From: Eledone cirrhosa
Taxonomy: Eukaryota
Direction: 5' to 3'
DNA length: 64,000 bases
Assembly (NCBI GenBank): GCA_964016885.1
Contig: OZ024741.1
Span: forward strand, 371,008,001 to 371,072,000
Shown here: in pieces, positions 55,990-64,000 of the stretch
Position numbering within the stretch: the stretch's first letter is position 1
Layout of the letters: every line of letters starts with the position of its first letter
Program-made: the position numbers and the translations under genes
Notes under the pieces: generated by a model
Seen by the model: only the letters and a program-made list of their open reading frames with translations
Told to the model about the DNA's origin: nothing
Databases searched by the model: none

Positions 55990-56283
55990 ACAAAGAGGGT
56001 GTGGTGCGATACCAGGTGGGCCATAACGAAGCAGAGAACTCGATACTTGGGGTAATAGAGTAGGTAATATGAAACAATTCAGGACCCCGACGGCTGAGCT
56101 CCGGCCGTTTCAGCAGCCAGATCCGAACTAAGCCACCAGTATTAGAATGGTGGGAATCTAGCTGGACTTATCAAAGGGTACAGTCCATATATGGGCATGC
56201 AGTCAAAGTAAAAAAGCAAAAAGAATCCTTGGATATATTTTTTTTTGCTTTGACTGCATGCCCATATATGGACTGTACCCCTT

Positions 56284-56506
56284 GACTGCCTTAAAGGTTC
56301 ACAGTTTTATATATAAACGTGTATAATTGAATTAAAATAGATAATTTCCTGCTATCAATAGATAAATCTCTGAACATGTTAGTCGTATAGGAACGTTGTG
56401 GAAATGTCCAACGTGGCGAAGAGGGTTGTATGGAGTTATGATTTCATGCGAATAAGTGTGGATTGTGTAGTGGAAAATGCAGGCTTGGTAATTTTCTTAG
56501 TAATGT
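56284..56506 (+). repeat. Near-identical duplication of 52291-52515
   Basis: tgactgccttaaaggtt..ttttcttagtaatgt, about 225 bp, one visible mismatch. Confidence 0.95.
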
Positions 56507-56889
56507 ACTTGGAAAAGTTGTACTGGGTTACATGTTACCAGTAGTACTTGAGAGTGACCTGACAAACATACATACATACATGTATATATATAAATATAAT
56601 TTAACTTAGAGTTTACACTCAATGGGGTCATTTACAATCATTTCAGCTCTAAGAATCGCTTCTGAGCAGAATAAATTAATATTTGATGAACATTTACATG
56701 TCAATTGCAACTAAAACATGTAAATGTTCATCAAATATTAATATATATAAATATATATATATACATGTATGTATTATATCTATATATATGTGTATATGCA
56801 TTATATCTATATATATGTGTAGACGTGTATATGTGTGTATATGTATATATATGTGTATGTGTGTGTGTGCGTATGTATGTATGTATATG

Positions 56890-57195
56890 CCCGGGGACAT
56901 AGAAATAGTCAGACTGGATACCCGATCGCGCGGTTAAACCACTGGGAGTGAAGGACTCCTCACCTTTGTCAGGGCATTCTTGTAGAAGGCAACTCAGGAA
57001 ACTAGGATAACTCCGATATAAACCCTGCGGCTCAGTAGTTACCGATGATGTTGATCTTTTCTTCTTTTCGGGTTATAGCTACTGTCGCTCAGAGAGTGGG
57101 ATTGGCTCAGTGCACAGTCTTTCCTCACTTTAAAAATATTCTTCACGCATAGGCATTGCACGATTGCATTACCATGTGCCTATAAGCTAGCTAAC
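56890..57195 (+). mobile_element. RTE-like 5' UTR segment
   Basis: Similar to 36920-37325 (ccgatgatgttga, ctcagagagtgggattggc, cactt-aaaaa). Confidence 0.45.
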
Positions 57196-57199
57196 TTTT

Positions 57200-57463
57200 G
57201 GAGAGGGGTGCTCTCCCTGGGTGCCCTAGAAGCGCAGGGTGATTCAAGATTAGTGGGGTACCTGAGTCACCCTGGGTCGTCCACCCCCTATAGGGGAATT
57301 TATTTTGTTATATTTATGCATAGTTTATTTTATATTTTTTATATCTTCATTGTTAAATTAGTCTTGCCATTGTGCACATTTACTCGACCTTATTGTAAAC
57401 CCCCACTGTCCCTGTCTTTGTATTGTCCCCTACATGTGGACCCTTGTGGCTAATAAATGAAAT
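57200..57463 (+). mobile_element. 3' UTR-only copy of a Tx1-like LINE followed by (ATT)8
   Basis: Homologous to 63285-63528 (gagaggg.., cccctatagggg, cccttgtggctaataaatgaaat). Confidence 0.75.
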
Positions 57464-57701
57464 CATTATTATTATTATTATTATTATTGAATGCCATGGT
57501 TGACGGAGGCTCGGCTCTGTAAGGTATAGTAATTTTTAACCGTTAAAACAATTGTAAATTGTTTAAAACTTGAACCAAATTGTTGATAAAGACACCCTCC
57601 TCCTCGTGAGAGGGGTCTTTCTGTCCGTTATTTGGCCCTTCGGGGTTAAATAACCAGTTATTGGGGTTTTGTACCCAAAATTTCATTTTAAACAAAAAAA
57701 C

Positions 57702-59812
57702 ATGGCTACCAAAAAGAAATTTCATACGTCACTCCCACTCATTCCGTCTTCTTCTTCCTCAATCATCACTACAGCAGAGAGAAGATTGTCTCTCTCCCTC
57801 CCTTCTTTAAATGTGTCTCTCTCCCTCCCTTCTCTTTCGCAAGCGACGAAAGAAAAGAAAAGTCTCGTGCAAAGCGTGCAAGGTTTCTCCACGACGACGA
57901 CGACAGCGACGAAACAGGTGTGCGGGAAATACGAAAACCCAGTTCATTCGTCTGACGTCAGGAATAATAGCAGTAGCAGCCGTAATAACAACAGCAACAG
58001 TGACAATGAAAACAACAGTAGCAGCCGCAACAGCATCACCAGCAGCATAAACAACAACAGCATTAGCAGCAGCAACACCAACAACAACCACAGCAACAGC
58101 GGCGGAGGCAGTAGTCGTAGTACCTGCAGCAACAACAAAAGTACCAGCAGCTCTGACGACAACAACAACAGCAGAGAAAAACCAATCTCATTTGCAGGTA
58201 TTGCGAAAAACTTGGAAACAATCCTCATAACAAATGAGGAATTAGAGGAAGCGAAGAAGATGGTGACAAAGAACGGACACCGAGCAATCTGCAAGGCAGC
58301 GAAAAATTTTTTCGAAACCCAAGAGCACTGTACGGTCACGTACCGTACAGTAAGTACAAAATCCCGTAGGGTGGAAAGAGCCACAGAGGCCCAAATACAA
58401 AAAGCCTTGGGGTCTGTGTGGCAGAGGAAAACGCACATCACCCGAGGCAAAAAATACGCCACCGTAGACGTACTTTTTGCCACACCCCAGGAGGCAAAGG
58501 CCCAATCAGTAGTGACCCTAAGGAGCGAGGAAATGGTGTTGGTGCCCTCCTACTGCGGGCAAAAAATTGTGAGGGTCAAACTGACCCACGTCCCCCCCCC
58601 CCCCCCCCCCCCCGGAATGACCCCTTCTTGGCTGGCCGCGTCTGTCCTCGTCGGAATCGAGGACAAAACAACTGTACTGCAAGTACAGAAAAAAGTAAGA
58701 GAAGATTGGGTCGGCTCCTCCATTGAGATGTTATCCAAACCAACCAGGAGTGCATCGAAGCTATCCCGGATGTGATAGACTTCGATAACGGCACTCAACT
58801 GCCCATAAGTGTTGAGGGCAAACGCCCGAAATGCTTTCGCTGTGGATCGAAGACTCACCTCAGGGCCTTCTGCAACGAGAAGACCCTGAGAAAGGAGAAA
58901 ACCCCCCTCCTTCCGAATCCGGCTCCACGGCTACCAGCAACAGGACAAGCGGCAACCAGGAACGATAGGTCCGTGGCACCCATACCCACTCCACGGAAAT
59001 CAAAGACAGCAGCAGCAGTGGAAATATTAACAACAACAACAGCAATACCAAATGCAGCTGCAACAGAGACTCCAGTGCAAACATCACCAACAACAACAAG
59101 TGAAAGAGTGGAGCTGGTACCCCTCCCCGACCTTACAGAATCAGACATGGAGTGTGAGGTGGGAGAGGGATGGCAAAAGGTCGCAAGAAGGCACAAACGC
59201 AGAAGCAGCGCATCGTCGCCTTTGAAAAGGGAGGAAAGAAATGAGAAAAGGGTAAAGTCTACTGCAAAGAGACCCACAGCAGCAACACCACCAACACCAT
59301 CACCACCCACACCAGCACCACCATCACCACCGGCGACAACCCCACCGCCAACAACACCTTCAACACCACCACCACAAGCACCAACATCGCAAACACAACA
59401 ACAAAACACACACACCCAGCAACAACGACAAGAAAATAGCAGAACCACACCCCACCCCCAGAAAAACAAATGCACGGCAATAAACACACACAACAAGAAA
59501 CTAATGACTTACATAATTGAACACACAGACATTTCACAACAGGACTACATAATACCAGCACCAATCAAAACGCCAACTAACATAAGACTGCTAAAAATAG
59601 CACAGAAACAATACACAAACATTAAAACGAAATTCCCCAACGCAGTTGGTGATTTCAGGGACCTAGGAGGAACCATCAATCGAAGAGTATATTCAGACAT
59701 TCTCTTAGAAGAGCCGACGACCAGCCGAAGGGACGATTCAACGGTCCCTTCACCAGACGATCAAGTGAAAAGGGATGTAAAAACCATCCCTCCTCTACCA
59801 AAAGTACGGTAA
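57702..59812 (+). pseudogene. LINE ORF1 (gag-like, single CCHC zinc knuckle), one frameshift near 58730
   Basis: ORFs 57669-58775 and 58772-59812 join via QTNQECIEAIPDVIDFDNG; CFRCGSKTHLRAFC; N/S-rich and P/T-rich linkers. Confidence 0.88.
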
Positions 59813-59846
59813 GTGGTCTTTCCCATCTTTTCCACTCCTTTTAAAC

Positions 59847-62800
59847 ATGACCTCACTCAGAATAGGCAGCATAAATGCGCGTGGCTTGGGGTCGTCATGG
59901 AAGCAGGGTCACCTGCTCAACGACCTCAGGTCACTAAACATAGATGTAGTGGCCATCAGCGAGACCAGAATCTCCGAAGCACGGGCCTTCGCACCGATCT
60001 TCGGCGGCTGCGATGTGTACGCATCTCCCAGCCGTCCTGGATCGGGTGGAGGAGTTGCTGTGCTTTTTCGGAGAGGTTTGGATCTCGCCATACGGGCCAT
60101 CTTCCTGGACCCAGAGGGTAAGCTGGTGGTGCTGGACGTGACCAGCGGAGACGGGCAAGCTTTCAGGCTAGTGGCCGTCTATGCCCCGACAGGAGCAGGG
60201 CGGCCTGATTTCTTCCGGCGTCTGGAGACCTTTCTTGGAACGTCCCGCTCTTTAGTGTTAGTGGGCGACTGGAACGGGATCTTAGATGCACGCTGGGACT
60301 GTGTGGGATTAGCGGATAGGGGTGGAGGGTGCAAGAGCCTCACCAACCTGCTCAGGCGTTTTGAACTGTCTGACAGGTACCGATTGGATTTCCCGAATGT
60401 GCCAATGTGGACTTGGACAAACCGCATAGGGTCATCCAGATCATATCTAGATAGAGTATTTTGTAGGGAAATAGATAGGTCTAGCATAGGCTGTCCACAA
60501 TTCAAGATAGTCAGCTACACGGACCACAAATTCGTGACCTGTGTGCTTGACTTAGATAGGCTTCATAGACGAGGACCCGGCTACTGGAAGCTAAACGCGT
60601 CCTTACCAGCGCGCAAGGCCTACAGAGACCGGATTAGCGAACTAGTTAAGCGGGCGTTGACGGGGGCCATCGTCAACAACAAGTGGTGGTTTGCTCTGAA
60701 AAGAGCAATTAGAATAGAGTCCATTAGGTTTAGTAAGACTTTAGCAATAGAGAAAAATAGAGCAGAGGGAGAATTAGTTAGAAAATTAGACGAGGCGCTT
60801 AGCAAAGGCATTGCGACCGACGTGCTTGCGGCGAAATTGGCCCTTGACCAATTCTTCAATGCAAAGCACGAAGGCTGCGTTGTCAGAGCAAGGGTGCGTG
60901 CTCTCAGACACGAGGGGACGAAAGCCGTTCAATGGGCCCGAGTGGCGGAGGCGCGTCGTGGCAACAAAGCCACGATCCGGTCTTTGGTGGACCACGACGG
61001 GCGCATGCTACTCGATCCCGAGCAAATGTGTGAAGCTTTTCAGCGACACTTCGCTCAGCTGTTCGGGGGCAGCGGTGGGCCGGGTAGAGGGATGGACTTT
61101 AGTGTCTACCTCGACGGACTGCCGCGGCTCTCGGCCACTGAGGCGAGGTGTTGCGAAAAGCCGATAACAGCCGCTGAAGTAAGGGAGGCAATGACTGGCT
61201 GCACAAGGGGTAAATCGCCTGGTTTGGATGGTCTGCCCTATGAACTTTACGTACAGATGCCAGACTTGTTCGGAGGCCTCTTGGCGGACGTCTACTGCAA
61301 CTGGCAACAGAACGGGAGAATTCCCAGTTCTGTGAGCCGAGGAGCGGTGGCACTGCTGAGAAAGGATCCGAACAAGGGGGATACCATAGACAATTTCCGG
61401 CCCATAACTCTGCTAAACACAGAGTTTAAGATTTTGGCCAAGGTGCTAGCAAAGAGGTTGGCGCTTGTCGTTGGTGGTCTGGTGGGAGAGGCGCAGACAT
61501 GCGCCATTCCCGACAGATCCATCCACGACAACCTCCACCTCATGCGATACATCGTAGAGAGGGTAGCTAGGGAACCTGGCACGGGTGGGTCCTTGATCAA
61601 TTTAGATCAGTCGAAAGCTTTCGATAGGGTCGACCATCGTTACCTAGCGGCAGTCCTGAGGGCGGCTGGCTTTGGGCCCGTCTTCAGAGGCTGGATCGCT
61701 GCCATGCACAGCGACATCTGCTCTGTGGTGAGAGTGAACGGTCACCTGTCGGAACCGTTCAACATCATGCGCTCGGTCCGCCAAGGATGTCCCCTCTCGT
61801 CCCTCTTGTACGTATTGACGCTCGAGCCATTACTGCACAAACTGGAGACGTTGAGGGGAGTCCCGCGCGAACTATGATGCGGAAGATCCGTGTCAGCATA
61901 TGCGGACGATGTCACCGTAGTGGTGTCGAACGCCAAACACATCGAGGCGATCGGCACTACACTAAGAGAATACGAAGCGGTGACAGGAGCAATGATCAAC
62001 CAGGAAAAGTCAGTGGGCCTGCAGCTCGGCACCTGGAGAGGCAGGTCCATGCCGTCCAACAGCGTCGTCGGGCGCTGGACGGACGGACCGGTTAAATTGC
62101 TAGGGGTCTGGTTCGGTCCGGACCTCCAGACGGACAAAAACTGGGACGAGGTGACGAGCAGGGTGGCTTCTCTCACCCAGAAATGGGCGGAGAGGAAGCT
62201 ATCCCTGAAAGGTCGAGCGGAGGTGGCTAACGCGTACATCGCGTCTGTCATCTGCTACCGCCTAACCGTCGTACCTTGTCCTAAGCCTCGCCTGACTGCG
62301 CTGGAGCGTTTGCTCTTTCGCTTTTTGTGGAAGGGACGTGCTCCGATGGTCAGGCGGTCCATCTGTTGTCAACACCCGCTACGTGGAGGGCTGGGCATGC
62401 CGTGGCTGATGATGCGCAGGCACGCGCTCAGGCTACGACATCTCCACCTCTTCCTCGACGGTGATCAGGTGTGGTCGCCGTTTGCTAGACGCGTTTTTCC
62501 CCAGCTCGTTTCCTTGACGGAGCTGCAGTCCTGGGTCAAGCGAAGACCGAGAGGGAGCGCCTGGAGACTGGAATGTCTTCAGGCGTTCACAGCCCTCGAC
62601 CAATCGGGCAATGTGATCGGTGGAAACTCCACCTCGGCGTTCTATAGAGGATTAGTGGAGGGGAAGAGCGACGACGTACTTGGGGAAACTCTAGGCGTCG
62701 ACGAAAATCAACTAGCCAATCTCTTCGGAAGAACTTTCGGGCCAGGGCCTATGGACAACTTCCAGAAATCTCTGGCCTGGCAGTGCTACCGAGGAGCCTT

Positions 62801-63266
62801 GCCAGTTCGGGATAAACTCTACAGGCATGGAGGTGCCGTCAGCCGGGCATGTCCGAGATGCGCGCAGGGCGACGAAACCGTCCTGCACGCACTCGTCCAG
62901 TGTCCGAAAATTGCTGACTTGTGGGTTTATGTCGAACACCTGCTGTCGCGTTTAGGACGGATCCAGCTATCATCTGAGTCCATCGTGAGGATTGCCCCGC
63001 CCTCCTCCTTTAGCCGGGAAGGGCAGGCAGTTTTTATCTGTCTGGTGGCCATGGCGAAAGAGATAGTATGGTGGACACGTTTGAAAGGGCTGAAGACGAG
63101 CACTTACCTCTTCGGTGATGCTCTGATTGACTTTTTCAAATTTCATTTGAAAAGGAAAATCAGAGTAGAGAAGGAAGTGCTCTCTTCCCAGCATTTTGTT
63201 GAAAGATGGGTGAGAGAAGCAAGAATGGCCCGAGTGAATGGGCCGACTCTGAGTATATATCTGTAA
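59847..63266 (+). pseudogene. LINE ORF2: APE endonuclease, reverse transcriptase and C-terminal CCHC; one in-frame TGA at 61875-61877
   Basis: INARGL, ISET, VYAP, GDWN, SYLDR, TDH (APE); PGLDGLP, FRPITLLN, DQSKAFDRV, QGCPLS, YADD (RT); CPRC..H..C; both ORF pieces are in the same frame. Confidence 0.96.
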
Positions 63267-63527
63267 ACTAAAGGTGGAAAACTGGGAGAGGGCACTTGCC
63301 TTGGTGGTCAGGGTCATTGTGGCTTTTTACTGGGCTTTCTCCACAAATGTCCCTCCGAAGTCTCCCCCCTATTGGGGAATTTTTCATTGTTATTTTCATT
63401 GTTATTTTTGTTACATCCTCTGTTTTTGTTTTTTTTACACGCAGAAATGCCCATTTGTACCGTCCTGCATTGTCCTGCACTGTCCTTAATGTCTACTTTA
63501 TGTAAACCCTTGTGGTTAATAAAGAAA

Positions 63528-63568
<41 letters not shown>

Positions 63569-63609
63569 GTTACTATTATTATTACTTTTTTTTTTCTTTT
63601 CCCAATTCA

Positions 63610-64000
63610 ATGATGTTACAAAACAATATAAAAGAGATAATTGGCAATAAGGGTTCTGGAACAAAAGAGATAATTCACAATAAGGGCAGGGACCTCAGGT
63701 TATCACAGCCTGGGCCCGCTCGTCATCGTGCCACTGTAATAGAGCCAAACAAGGCATTTAGTCTTGGCTGCTGGAACGTACGGACGCTGCTTGACATGGA
63801 TTCCTTGGAACGTCCTGAACGAAGGACCGCTCTTGTTGCAAAGGAGCTTCGACGTTACGATCTTGACATCGTAGCTTTATCTGAGACGAGGTTAGCTGGA
63901 GATAGTCATCTTACAGAATTTTGTGGAGAATATACATTCTTCTGGAAAGGAAGAGATGAAGAAACCAGAAGAGAGGCTGGGGTAGCATTTGCTGTTAAGA
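63610..64000 (+). CDS. RTE-clade LINE ORF, N-terminal APE endonuclease (runs off the window)
   Basis: Open frame from ATG 63610: ..LGCWNVRTLLD..RPERRTALVAKELRRYDLDIVALSETRLAG..YTFFWKG..REAGVAFAVK; absent from the ORF track because no stop is reached. Confidence 0.9.
   Translation, partial: MMLQNNIKEIIGNKGSGTKEIIHNKGRDLRLSQPGPARHRATVIEPNKAFSLGCWNVRTLLDMDSLERPERRTALVAKELRRYDLDIVALSETRLAGDSHLTEFCGEYTFFWKGRDEETRREAGVAFAVK

Larger units (their letters stand above)
57490..63528 (+). mobile_element. Near full-length Tx1/L1-clade non-LTR retrotransposon
   Basis: 5' UTR, ORF1, ORF2 and 3' UTR with AATAAA; flanked on both sides by c(att)n. Confidence 0.95.

Noticed and set aside
56890-57000. HDV-like ribozyme at the RTE or Tx1 5' end
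   Set aside because: Could not build the nested double pseudoknot by eye; needs a motif search
61875-61877. In-frame TGA as selenocysteine or programmed readthrough
   Set aside because: The paralogous copy has GGA (Gly) at the aligned codon; a simple nonsense mutation or sequence error is more likely
57807-62251. Antisense and alternative-frame ORFs over the LINE
   Set aside because: Shadow ORFs of GC-richer or low-complexity coding sequence

Overview
Repeat-saturated, AT-rich eukaryotic (animal) genomic DNA with no recognisable host gene. Long (TA)n, (CA)n and (ATT)n microsatellites, tRNA-derived SINEs, Penelope-like elements, Helitrons and hAT/mariner MITEs together fit an octopod cephalopod genome, but the organism is an inference. 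Main elements: a near full-length Tx1/L1-clade LINE (57490-63528; gag-like CCHC ORF1 and APE-RT-CCHC ORF2, each with one lesion) plus three truncated relatives; a degenerate Penelope RT/GIY-YIG element and several GIY-YIG fragments; a defective Helitron (Rep + Pif1) and several non-autonomous Helitrons; a Charlie-like hAT with 8-bp TSD; the start of an RTE LINE; and about 25 SINE copies. Two patterns stand out. (1) Many non-coding Penelope-type repeats sit in (TA)n tracts, are often arranged as inverted or palindromic duplications, and carry minimal type I hammerhead ribozyme motifs, including a recurrent U3-A8 compensatory core variant. (2) The Tx1-like LINE and the SINE have similar 3' tails and appear to insert into (ATT)/(ATC)/(ATCT)n tails, building head-to-tail arrays. 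All calls are from reading the sequence by eye; no searches or folding programs were run.
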